Source: Pocillopora damicornis (taxonomy: Eukaryota). From it: 64,000 nt of DNA. The position numbers were made by a program, and so were the translations under genes. Location: NCBI RefSeq assembly GCF_003704095.1, contig NW_020843402.1:62001-126000 (forward strand), given 5' to 3'. This document shows positions 28,101 to 40,302 of this stretch, piece by piece. Each line of letters begins with the position of its first letter. Within the stretch, counting starts at the first letter, position 1. The notes under the pieces are model-generated. The model searched no databases. It saw only the letters and a list, made by a program, of their open reading frames with translations, and was not told the DNA's origin.

Positions 28101-28754
28101 TAGTGTACTCTTTGCTGAAAATTAAATTCACGTCCAAATTATTGCAAACTAATGTCAAATAGTAGTAATCTGTAATTCTTTTTTTTTTTGTAATACCTGT
28201 ATAACATTTCTGAGGAAGTATAAAAGTCAAAATTACCACATGAATAAATAAATGTTACAAAAGTGATTGCCCATGTGCTTTTCATGTCGTCATGAAAACA
28301 GTTGAATAACAACTAGGATCAAATAAATTTAGAATGTTCTGACAGCGTCTTAAAAAAGAAAGGTTCAGGGCGCATCTCTGAGCTTTCTATTAAGTTCGGG
28401 CCTCTGGATCGTCATGACACAGCTGAATTCAGTTTCAGAACTTGTCTGAAAAACTCACTAAGAACTCACCTCTTGCAAGACAGTTTGTAGAAGTATTACA
28501 TTTGTGAACACTGGATCTTCTAAAACGTCTATCTGATGTAACACAACATTTGTATCAGGCAGTAAATAATGTGGAAATGTGTACAGTTTAGAGGAGTTAT
28601 GAGGCGATGAATCCAGTAAATTTTGATCTGTTTGAGCGCAGTTTCTACAGTGACTTGCTCTGCACCATACATCATCTCGTAAGTAATGTTCACGAACTAT
28701 CTTCATTACTCCTCCCTTTCGTGTCTTCTTGACAAACACCTTGGATCTGAGCAT
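19183..28754 (-). CDS. DIS3: Exosome complex exonuclease RRP44/DIS3 (PIN + CSD + RNB + S1), ~26 coding exons
   Basis: Start [31 protein letters not shown] residues [29 protein letters not shown] catalytic motif [12 protein letters not shown]; also VEEFMLLAN and [19 protein letters not shown]. Exons include 28754-28470, 27952-27858, 27719-27645, 27277-27147, 26489-26470 and a last exon 19239-19183 ([18 protein letters not shown]). Confidence 0.97.
24563..24780 (-). mobile_element. Degenerate tRNA-derived SINE in a DIS3 intron
   Basis: gagtcacacacgaggaattagatctcagacc...gtgctatatcaccaagtta resembles the reverse complement of B-box/A-box tRNA head sequences; heavily CpG-decayed. Confidence 0.45.
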
Positions 28755-29982
28755 GGCTCCAAAGAAAACAGATCGCTGTTTGATCGTAAATTTACTTTTA
28801 AAATATGATAAAAAATGGATGCACGAGGTCCGCCATTCCGTTTCCTTGTCAGGTACTCTATGTAGACCACATCATACCGTACTTAACGCAGATACAAACT
28901 CGTCCCCAGTCACGAGGGTGTGGTTTAGGTATGAGGAGGTTTTGCAACTCAACCCCACAAGTTCGTCCCCATGTTATCAAGGCCTTGTAACGTCACATTT
29001 ACAAAAAAGGAAAAAAATTGTTAATTTGGCGGCACTTTATTTTCATCAGACCTTGTTCTTGCTGAAAAACATTCCCATAAATCAGGTGTAAAGTGAAAGG
29101 AAGGGGGGTTCTTACTAATAGTAGGTTAGTGGTGGTTAGCCTCAGGGTGAGGTGGCATTTTCAAGTTACTAGAATGGGATTGTAAATTTTCAGGAATTGG
29201 GGATTTGGGCGAAAGGAAATTCTTCAAGTAGGGATTTAAAAAATGAGATTCTCAGTTAAAAAAAATGTGAATGATGGTTCTGAGAGGCCTGCAGCATGTA
29301 CCCAGCAAAAAAGTGACTAACTTGTCCTCCTTGGTTTCTCCAATTTGGTAAAATTTTTCATTCAATTTTTTATTTAACTTTTTTCCTTCAGTTTTAAATC
29401 TAGTCCAGAGGCAAAACGTCTCTGAAAGTTAAAGAAAATTGTTACTTTAATAAAGTGATTGTTTAGTTCGATGAGACCACATCTGTCTAAACCAACCCAG
29501 GATATATCCAGGTATTCAAACAACATCTCTTTCATTCTATCATCCACACTACTCTTACTTGAAGACTAAATTATCTTTGGATGCATAACTCTCGTAATAC
29601 AAATTGCTTCAATGTTCTTTAAGTACTAAAAAGTCTGTGTTATTCCGTGAAATTTTGTAAACTTACTGAGACCAGGTAGAACTTTAATGTTATACATGTA
29701 CTAAAACTTGTCAAGTCTTAAATCTACATTTACATTTACCATATTACAAGCATTCCCTCTCTACAAGGCTTATGTGCTCAGATTTGGTCAGGTTCATAAA
29801 GGTATCTTATACAAAGTCACTTCTTTAGCACTCCAAACCTATTAGTTTCTTTGAGATTTTAAGTTATTTACAACTAGGTTAAAATAAAAATCAAGAAGCC
29901 ATCTAGAGCTGATGAAAAAGTAATGTAAATAAATTATACTTTCTTTCTTTAATGTGAGGCTGTGATGGAAGTTTTGTGGCAT

Positions 29983-32900
29983 TTACCAGTCTGAGTCCAG
30001 CTGAAGCTTGTTCCAGACCTCGTTGAGCTCAGCTTGAACAGCAAAGTTGGGTTTGAACAACAAATCCTGTTGAATGTCTTCAGGAAGCTCTTTCAATGTC
30101 CTCACAGTCAAACCATGTTCCTGGACAACTGAAGAATACTGGACACTAGCCCGCTCTAACCGCACAGACCTACGCACTGGTGTTAATATCCGTTTACCAA
30201 ATGTTGTCTTAAACCTGAAAAGCACAAATTTCATGGCCTTCATGAGATTATTGTACATCTAATTATGTAAACCATTATCTCAATGTCTTAACATGGAACA
30301 ATGAGGAGGTGGGGTCATTGCTTGAATTGGTTAGCATTGTGTTCATATCTGAAAGACAGTCTTAAGATTAAGTAACTGCTGAAAGTGTTAATTAAGTTAA
30401 TTATGCCTTCAATTTCTCACTTTTTTCTGTGGGGTGTGACCTCCATTAGGCAGAACTTTATGATGGAAGAGTTCAGCTCCTCTGATGAAATGTCATTCAT
30501 ATCAATCTTAGTTTCACTTGGAGGAGATTCATCTGGTAATGACAAGCAGATCTTATCTACAAAATGTATGTCTGCATCTAAAAATAACAAATGATATAAA
30601 TGGTTTTGATAAAAATCATTTTTCATTTTGACAAGGCCAAGTGTCCTTAACATAGAAGGCATACCTTTTGGTTCATTTTCCTTTATGAAATTTACAAAAG
30701 TGCACACTGCATCCTTCAGGACTGAATCTGGCTAAGAAGAAAGAAGTTAAAAGACCATAAGGAACAATTACCCTGGTAAATAGTACCTCCCTTGAAGAAA
30801 AATGTAACAAAGGCAGATGACAAGGAAGTGAAACAAAAGCAAACCAACTTTACCGAACTTCATAAAAATAATCTGAAAAATAATCTGAAAAATAATATGA
30901 AAAATAATCTGAAAAAATGAAGATGGAGCTTGTTTCAATCTCAGCCTATAACCTGTGCCTTGAAGACAAAAGCTTGCTCCAGTAAGCACACCACTCTATT
31001 GAAGTCTTTCTGATGTTGAGCAATCTTTGCCCGGCACAACCAGTAGTTTGCCATGTGACAGATATGTGGACATGCGGATTTGTACAAATCGAGCTTGGAC
31101 CTTACATCATCTGCATTATATTCATTCTGAAAAAATACAAACTTGGAAATTATCTAGTACTTCTCAATAACTGAGGAGAGTTAAGAGGTCTTTTGAGCCA
31201 CTTTTAATAAGAATTTTCATTCTGACTAGTTCTTGATAGGTTTTCTGTTATTTAGCAATTAGTCTTTTGTAACTGATAGAAAGATTGAACACTTGGTGTT
31301 AAGCAAATGGAAAAAGAGTGGAACCAATTAATTTTGAACAAGAGAGTTTTACATTTTACACTTTTTCTTTGGCTTTGATTTAAAGGTTGTATGAAAAGTG
31401 AGGGAAATCAGAGTCCCTTTTTTGCCATGCATATTTGCCTCAGTTATCGTGCTTTAAGTCACAGCACATTGATCCCTAGCTTACCAATTCTAACTGTTGC
31501 AAACATTCTTTCAGTTTTTCTTCAACATTTTCCCCTTCATCAAGTGAAATGGCACATCCAATTTTGTCCATTACACAAACAGTTTCCTCTCTCCCATTAA
31601 AGGAAAGTCTCTTTTTTTCCGTCAAATTTCTCCTTTGAACACTTTTGGAATGTTGCGGCACAGCTGGTGTCCTGTACTTTGGTGTTTTTCTGTGACAGAA
31701 AAAAACTAACAATTGAGGAACTATGTGAACTAAGTCTATAATTTCATTTAAATAACCTACTTTCAGCCAACTTAAGCTGAATAATTCAATCTAGATTAGA
31801 AAACTATTATCAGCACAAATGACATGCGAGAGTTTCATTGGAGAGATTTTATAACAAACCCACCACAAGACATAGGTAAACCAGCTTACCGTAATTATTT
31901 GATTTAGCACCCAGGGAGCTTTCTTCCCTTTTTGTATATCATGGGAGGGCACTTATTAGAACCAAGGCACTTATTGGAGATAGGGCACTTATTTCTTTCT
32001 TAAGAAACAGAAAAATGTGAGGAACAAAACTTTGACTTTTATCTAAAAAAAGATCAAGAAGACTGGAGAATGGACTTGTTATCCATAGATCCTTCTTGGT
32101 TAAAATGATCAGCCAAGAAGTAATCCTCAAAAAAGGTTAAGATCACTTGTTTGAAGGAAGTGTGCACTCAGATGGACACAAGAGTAGAACGAAGGAGACA
32201 TAGATTACTGTTTCCTTGATGAGACTCAGCAATTACTATGACACATAGTTGATCTCAATGTGGTGCTATTACCAAAACAGCATAGGTGTGCTTATTGGTA
32301 TATGGGTGCTTTTAGGAATAGGAGTACTTACTTAATATGGGTGCTTATTAATAAAAACCAAATTTTAGGGGGGAAGGGGGGGGGGGTCATTATCAAAGAG
32401 GGGGCACTTATTGGAATGAGGGCACTAATAGAATCATTATGGTACCTATTTAACGTTTATCTTTTTTACTAGAATTTTAAATTGATTTAAATTGAACATG
32501 AATGAAGAAATATACAAGTGGGTTGGGTGTATTTCCCCACACTGCAGGGATTTATGTCAGTTTTATAAGTGGGAATCTTATTATGTCTTTACTGAACAAT
32601 CAGCAGAAGTAGACTGTAAAAGCTTGGGAACTATATAGTTATGCTAGCTCAACACTCACCCTTTTTCAGCAAGCCAAAGGTCCAATCGTTCCCTTATAGA
32701 TAAATGAGACAAAAAGAATCTCTTGATTTTCAAATAATAGAGCATTAATGATATGTGACTTACAGCACTGATCAAACATTTGAAAGTCAAATGATTTTGA
32801 TGCAGGTAACCCAGTTATGGTGTATGAATGTGTGACCAGTTTATTTCTCTGTTTTTATTAAGGGCAGAAGTCTTTAGAACACTGTGGACAACATGTCACA

Positions 32901-35240
32901 TTTTTCAGCTTTCAAAATTATTGCTTTATGTATGTACACATGACCATTAAGTTATTGTCTTGTATAATTAAGAGCAGTCCCTAGTCTCTTGTGGGTTCTC
33001 AAGGGTGGATGGGTGTACTCATACCTTATATCAAGAGCCTTGTTTTTGTATGACTTTACTTCAGGATTACTGGGCAAAATAGACTGTGGTGTTAATTCAC
33101 ATTGGATTAGCTTTGATTTCTGTGCACCATTTGATTGTACTATGGAAGGTTGGTGATGAGATTGAAGGGTAGAGGTTGATTTTACCCTAGGCTTAAATGG
33201 TAGCTTTGTGGAGGCAGGAGTTACTACTTCTTTAGTGTGCTCCCTGAAAAATGAGCAGAATAAATATGTTTCATTAAAATTTTCATATTTTTTAATTACC
33301 TGCTACTCAAATTTTTATTCCAAAAATTGGCAAAAAATAAACTAATCACCAAACTGTGTAATTTGTAAATTAACACAAACAAAATACAGTGTAGGTCTGT
33401 ATATTCCTTTTGTGAAATTAAACAATATTTATTAATGAAATAAAATCTTAATGAAATTTATTTTAATAAATATCCCACCAAGTTAACTGCCACATGTTTC
33501 TTTGTAAACAGGTAAAAGAATTTAAATTTCCAGTCAATACCATTATTAATTCACATCACCTCCTTAAAAATGTGATTATATGGTACAAAGAAAATGTGTG
33601 TTTTTTCACTCCTGAAACTTAGAAAAAATTAATGAGTATGTCCTGAGTATAACTTACAGTCTGTGGTAGTTATACAGATTTTCTTTCATACAAGCTGACA
33701 TCCTACTGAGTCTTTTCCCACATGATTTAGATTTCACAGCAGCTTTGTCTGGGTTGTGCTGCCTTTGTATTGGAGAACAACTGGAATTAAAATCTCATTA
33801 AAAATTTTATTAGTATTAGGTACAAAAACAGAATATTTTGGTGGTCACTGCCAAAGGCAAAAAGAAATGATAACAGAAACATATTTACCCCTTTTCAGTT
33901 CTCCAGAGTTCAAGCCTTTCTCTTAAAAAAAAATATTATACCTTTTCATTCATTTTTATACGATAGCTTACCATAGCAAATTCTCAATCAATATTAAAAG
34001 CCACAATTCTACTTGGAAAAAGAGCGCTACATTGTGCATGTGTGTAAATCATCTAACTTTCACATCGTATACCTCATACTGAGAGTCTTGTCCTTATATG
34101 TTTTAAGCTTTTCAGGTGTCTCTTTTGAAGTGGCTGTCTTCAGGGTCCTAGCATTATCAAGGAGTGCTTTCCTTTGAACAATATTCAAAGCCTTTCTTCG
34201 TCTCTGTTCACCAGTTAACTTACATGCATGGTCAGAGATTCTCTTGTATCTTTCTGTGGCCTGTAGTGAGATTTTACTAGTCTTCGTATAAACAAATCAA
34301 CGGTAAGGACCTCCCATTAATAAAGCACAAAGATCTCTTACCAATATTCGTTATCAATTGAAATTTCATTTTAAAATGACTCTTAACGTACACTTTCTGG
34401 CTGTTTTTGAAGTATCCTTGACTCTTTCATTTCTCTAGAGGTGGCAGATAATAAAAAAAAAAAAACGGAAAACCATTGACATCAGAATGTGCCAGAAAGT
34501 AAAGTTTAAGGTTAATCCTGCCCTTACCTTAAGCTAAATAAAGGGACAGATCAAACATACATCTTTCCTCCACGGATGCATGCCATAAGGTTAACCAACA
34601 TCAACAATTACTAAGTACTCTTAGAGCATCGCATGGCATGGCATATAACGGTACAGCATGTAATTTTTGATCATCGAATACACAGGGCCGAGTATTACAG
34701 AATTCCGTGAAGAAATATCATGCTTGCAGACCATTCTTAATCGCATACATTGCTTGCAATGCGACCGAAAATGGAGCGTGCAGTATTGCCTCTGAGTTAA
34801 CAGCTGGCGCCTGAAAGCTTTTATAGAGCTTTGATTCATGACCAGTGACGTGCGCTGGTCATTCTTGATCTGCAGTGATTAAATACTACTTACACCACAA
34901 TTGCAACCAAGCCTAAGTTTCCATAAAAACTAATTAATGTAATTATATTCCAAGATAATGAATAAAAACCTTTTCTGGAGACTGTTAGCGTCCTTATTTA
35001 TGTCGAACGAAACAGCTGATCTGGAACGATTGTGGACAGTCTTGGCACTAAAAAAGGAAGACCTTCCTTTCATTCGACGCCATTTTTCTAGCTTTTCTCG
35101 CATAAGATCTGAAAGAAATTGTAAAGGATATTAAAGTGATCCTTTATCTCTTCAAATTTTAAATTTTCACGATAAAAAGACCCACCACTTGAACTACAAG
35201 CTTTTGTTGAGGAAGCGAAACTCTCCTTCGTGTCCGCCAT
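29983..35240 (-). CDS. CKAP2: Cytoskeleton-associated protein 2-like (CKAP2/CKAP2L family mitotic spindle protein), multi-exon
   Basis: Last exon ILTPVRRSVRLERASVQYSSVVQEHGLTVRTLKEL...LLFKPNFAV matches the CKAP2/CKAP2L C-terminal TPVRRS..E/DH...PN.AL signature. YWLCRAKIAQ...LEQAFVFKAQP (31125-30954) and SSIIKFCLMEVTP also match the CKAP2_C domain. First exons MADTKES.../DLMREKLEKWRRMKGR. Internal exon boundaries are only partly resolved. Confidence 0.8.
30864..30917. repeat. 12-bp minisatellite (AAAATAATCTGA, ~4 copies), intronic
   Basis: Seen directly; it gives the spurious FQII repeat in ORF 30768..30989. Confidence 0.85.
31887..32444. mobile_element. TA-flanked MITE (TACCGTA...TA[C/T]GGTA termini) with GGGC[A/G]CTTATT sub-repeats
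   Basis: Left TACCGTAAT, right ATTATGGTA (one CpG-decay mismatch). Multiple gggcacttatt/gtgcttatt units near both ends. Confidence 0.65.
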
Positions 35241-35341
35241 AATTCAAACTTGAGGACGCCACAAGATTCGCGTCGTTGATTGGTTATTTCCTTAGAATTG
35301 TAACGCGAGCAAGGAAACCAGCGGTGAGCAATGTACTTGAA
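35241..35341. promoter_or_regulatory. Putative bidirectional promoter (101 bp between divergent ATGs) with CHR-like TTTGAA and CCAAT box
   Basis: TTCAAA at 35243-35248 (TTTGAA on the CKAP2 strand), GATTGG at 35278-35283, local CpG enrichment; both genes start ATGGCGGACA. Confidence 0.55.
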
Positions 35342-36885
35342 ATGGCGGACAGTCTAGGTGAATACGAGCTATCGATAAAAGTACTATTAGATGCTGCAGT
35401 TAGTCGTCCAAATCTGCAACAGTTTGTAATTTCTGAAATTTTTGGAGTTATAGGTAAAACTAAATGTGATACCAAGAGCTTGAAAAGGATGCTGCCATTT
35501 TATAAGCACTTAAACACAGTTGCTGTTAGGTCGTTGGAGTGGAGACTTGCTGCTTGTGGTATTCTAACTGAAGAGGATACTGCTCTATCAGCCATCTCTC
35601 CTTTCATGGATAAGATTTTATTTCAATTGGTTACTAGCTCGGCCATAGAATGTGCTGAATACTGCGTTCACGTCTGGTTAGAGAGGTATGCTAAACGTAT
35701 GAGTAACAATTAACTGTCAAAGTTGAGGGTTGCTGTTTTCACATTTATTAAAGGAACGATATATTAGTCTTCTTTTATTCTTATACTTAACGATTGATGG
35801 TGTTTCAACCGAAATACTTGGTATAAATGTAAAATACATAGTTGGCGATAATTAATAACAAGCCATTTCCAACACTAGACAAGTTTAAAAGTGAAGACAA
35901 CATTGCTGGTTGGGTTCATTGCTGATGATAGTTCCACAAATTACCTTATGAAACCTGCTATGTGAAACGTGATATTGGTAAAAAGCATGAGTGTGTATAT
36001 GTGGGTGAACCATAGCTTGAAGTGGAGGCTATTGTTTTAATTACCCATGGAGTATTTGCCGCAGAGGGGAACATATGTTATTAATCTATTGTCTGTCAAG
36101 AAGGTTCACAGTTTCGCATGTGGACTTTTCAGCGCTCTCTGGGATGACATTGAACAAACAAGTTTGTTTCTTTTGTAAAACAAATAGAAATATGGGAATG
36201 ATGTTAATGCTCATGCTTTACCCAACTCAGTCAAATCTATTGTCTTTTAAACATATGCTGATTGATCACTTTCCATCTTCCTGGATTTCCTAAAAGCTGT
36301 TATTTTGTTTGCAGGGTAGAAGCCCAGCACAAGGAACCCAAAGAAATGTTCAAACTTGATTTGCCAAATCCAGTGGAATATTTAAAGAATGAAGATTCAG
36401 CAGAATTGAGCCTTGTATCATCAGTGACTCTGGCATCATTTAGGGAACTAAGTAAAGAGCAGATACAAATGCTCCTGTCAGAATTTCCTCTTCTCCTTGA
36501 GAGCATTCCCAGCCAGTTTTATATCAGGCTTTTTGTTGGGTTTTTTGTTTTCTTTGGGCTCCTCAGATGTTTGTCAAACTCAAGCAATTTCAGCTGCCTT
36601 TCAGAAATTGGAAATTGGACAGATATGTGGCTACATTTGCTGACCTCCAGTCTTTTTGGAAAATTCAAGGCCAAGAGATCACAAACAAAGATATTCCAGA
36701 CACAAAGATATGATCTGCCAGTCCACCATATCCTGTGTGGATTGATGATATCTACAAGTTCTTTTACAACGATTAAATCCCGGCCTTGTACTCAAAGGAA
36801 GCTCTTAAAAGGACTGGAACAATTGATAATGTGTAGTTCTGGATTTACTTCAACGTGGCTGAACACAATAAAGTTATATTTTTGA
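35342..36885 (+). CDS. Unrecognised alpha-helical protein; two clear exons, then degenerates (possibly truncated or pseudogenised)
   Basis: AATGGCGG start; exon 35342-35685 (AG|gtatgc) splices in frame to the exon from 36315 (tttgcag|G). The frame stays open to 36885, but the 3' part looks non-coding and contains a 39-nt intron-like tract. Confidence 0.5.
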
Positions 36886-37911
36886 AACACAGAAATAGTT
36901 TGGAACATATCGGAATGAAAGAAAAGAATCCGGGACCACACGAAAAAAAACAGGATAATATAAATAAATAAACTAATAAAGTTAAGAAGAACATCCTTAC
37001 ACCGTCAGTCAATTCACTGTCGAAACGGCCGACTTCGGCCATCGACAGGATACCGTCAGTTCACCAAAGAAAAATTTGTTCTTTGGAATTGAGCAATAAA
37101 CGGACACGGTTACATCTGCAACGAGATATACCTCATCAAGAGAGTCGGTCAACCACAAAATTGACCTTGAACTTAACAATGAGACAATGGTGAACTAAGT
37201 GAATTCTTGTTCGCGAAAAAGACTTGGCCGCTCGCCAGGTGATACACTTGACAAAAGTTTAGCATCGGTCCTTTTATCGACGACCCAGCTCAAAATATAC
37301 CATGTTTTCAATTTCTTTTTGTCTTGTTTCAGGACAATTACTTTGGAGATGTAGGATGCATAGGGGTAAGGTTAAGATACTTAAATCAAACAATGTCAAC
37401 CTGGAAACCAGCGCGCCATTCGTGTGTCCACCACGTCTCCCTATCATAGGAACCCAGGTTATTTCTTTGTTCCACACTCATGGTAAGAAGGACGAGGATC
37501 AATAACACCATGTTTAAAAATGTGAAAAAAATGTCCCCAATGTTGAGCTAAATAATGACTTTTACCGTAGAAAACTAGCTAACTAACTAGTTTACTGATT
37601 TTTCGATCTCTCAGAGCTGAGCTTTTGTGGATGACAGCGACACTTCTTGGCATTGTTTGTTAAGTTATTCTATACTTGTGCAAATTTGGTGGCGTTCAAA
37701 CCTCGTTGAACAGCTGAACTGGCTCACAAAAGAGAGAGAGCTTACGGACTCGATCTCATCAGGTACTTGTTTTCCCTTAAATCATTGTGGCGGAGAACAT
37801 TATAATTATGTCGCTACTATGATATTTACACCGCTGTAAGGTGACCCGTTAACCTGATATGTTATTTTAATAAGAAGAAACTACTTTGTAATGCTCCCCT
37901 GCGACAAACTC

Positions 37912-39185
37912 CTAGTCCCTAGATCTTTCCAAAGCATTTGACACTCTCGACCATCATATCTTGTTTGCAAAATTAGAGCACTATGGTATCCGTGACGTGG
38001 CTCTGCAGTGGTTCAAAAGCTAGTTCTGCCGCCAGCAATTTGCCCAATTCAATCAAGCTTGCTCTCCTATGCAAACTATCAAGTGTGGTGTCCCTCAAGG
38101 TTCGATTTTAGGCCCTCTATTGTTCATTCTATACATAAATGACCTCCCTAATGCCTCTGAATTAACAGACCCTCTGCTTTTCGCTGATGACACCAGTATC
38201 TTTTATTCTCGCTCAAACCCAAATTGCTTAGAATCCGTACTTAATGATGAACTCCAAAATATTGATGTCTGGCTAAAATGCAATAAGCTCTCAGTTAATA
38301 TAAGGAAAACTAACTACGTAATTTTTAAACCCAGACAGAAGAAATTTAACTCCAGCATTTCTCTCTCCTTTGGAGGTAAACCCCTACAACAATCTAACAT
38401 AACTAAATTCCTTGGGGTCTATATTGATGATCATCTCACTTGGAAACACCACATCAGCTATGTATGTAAACAAATCGCTAAATTAATAGGTATTATAGTC
38501 AGGTCTCGCTTTTTCCTATCCTCTACAACCAAGCTCACTTTGTACTACACCTTAATTTATCCTTATATCGTCTATTGTAACTGTGCCTGGTCGTCCACAT
38601 ACGTATCTAACTTAAATAGAATTCATTACTCGCAAAAGCGAGCTGTGCGGGCTATCACCAACTCAGACTATTGAGCCCATTCCGCTCCTTTATTCTCCAA
38701 ACTAGGAATTTTAGATATTTTCCAAGTCAATACTTTTGAAACCGCCAAATTCATGTTTTATTATAGAAATAACTTATTGCCTCCATTGCTTCTCAATCTT
38801 TTTGTAACGAATAGCCAAATTCACAACTATGGTACCAGAACAGCCAGTAATTATCGAACGCATTTGTGCCGCACAAATCTCAAGCAATTTATAATTCTTC
38901 ACCAAGGTCCTAAAATTTGGAACTCTCTTCCTGTTTCTTCACTCGTTCGTCAAACCTTCTTAGTTTTAAGACGAAAATGCAAGAGTTTTTACTTAAATAA
39001 TCCTTGAATTGGCCTAGCCGCACATTCGCAGCACTTTTTCTCTACTTTATTTATTAATGTAAGTGAGGTGGCTCTCTCATAAGCCCGGTGGCTTCCCGAG
39101 TCTCCTCGCCTTCTAGCTATAACCGCTGTAAATAAATTTTTTTGTATTGTGTAAATAAGGCAAATAAAATATGATGATGATGATG
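37912..39185 (+). mobile_element. 5'-truncated, inactivated non-LTR retrotransposon (CR1/L2-type reverse transcriptase 3' half)
   Basis: [34 protein letters not shown] and KFLGVYIDDHLTWKHHI motifs, with stops/frameshifts near 38020, 38672 and 38940. 3' AATAAA followed by an (ATG)n tail. Candidate TSD AAACTC at 37906-37911 and 39186-39191. Confidence 0.93.
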
Positions 39186-39550
39186 AAACTCAGTACTTAA
39201 AACCTTCCTTGTATTTTTTCAGAGAAATAATTAACTCACTGCGAAATATGTATTCGCTAGAGATGAAAAATTAGCCTTTACTTTTTTTTCTGAAGTTACA
39301 GTTGTATGTTTGCTTTGCTCACGACTTACGTTTATTCACTAAGAAGATGTTTTCAACTGACTTGCCTCTCTCTGGTCATTTTATGAAAATAATTCATATA
39401 GATGCTGACATAATTACATGATAAGGTTTACAAAAACGACTGTAGGAGGAGAAACGGTCTTCAAAGCTATTTACTCTTTTGAAGCGACTCAAAATCCCCA
39501 ATATTAAAATATCATCCTCATGTAAGGCTCCGTTACTGTCCATGCTACTC

Positions 39551-40266
39551 TTAACGCAGGCCAACACTAGTAAGTCTCTTATCAAGTTTGTCATGACCAT
39601 TAGTGTGAAATGCCACGCTCCCAAGGTTATCCTGAGAAGCTGATGAGTGAAAATATAACGAGTCGCTGTCTCCAAATCAGGAGTCACAGTCCTTGTGGCA
39701 ATTTTCTGTGAACCCAGAGATGAAAAACCCCCGGGTAAAATGAGTTATCACCGACCAACAGTTGGTAAGAGAAAGCTGCATTCGACCTTGTCATGTCCCC
39801 AATCCTTAGGCCGTAGCATTTTCCCATAGTGACATGGGCCACGATAACTTGATTCACTCGCCGTTTGAAGTAAACATGATCTCCAGTCTGGTGATTGACA
39901 AACATAATCTCTGTAAACTAAAAAAAGAAATCAATTCATACCATGTGTAGTTAGAAAAAAATTGTCTAATTACAAGTAGAAGGTGATCCAAAATTCCTAT
40001 TTTACGTCTCCCTTTGTTTCGAGTGTATAGCACTATGAAAACCATGAAATCAAACCATGTCGATTTTTGGTCAACAGTTAACTTCGTCTAAAAGAGCACC
40101 GTTAGAAATAAAAATCAACTAAGTCGGTGTTTGTATAGTTTGGCCTGGAAAGATGGCCTGAGGCATCACTTAAAGTTTACACATGAGATATTCAATTATT
40201 CACGAGTTCTCATTGGTAAACCTTCAGCAAAGGTGAAGGCACAAGAAGAAAAACCAAAGGTGTCCA

Positions 40267-40302
<36 letters not shown>

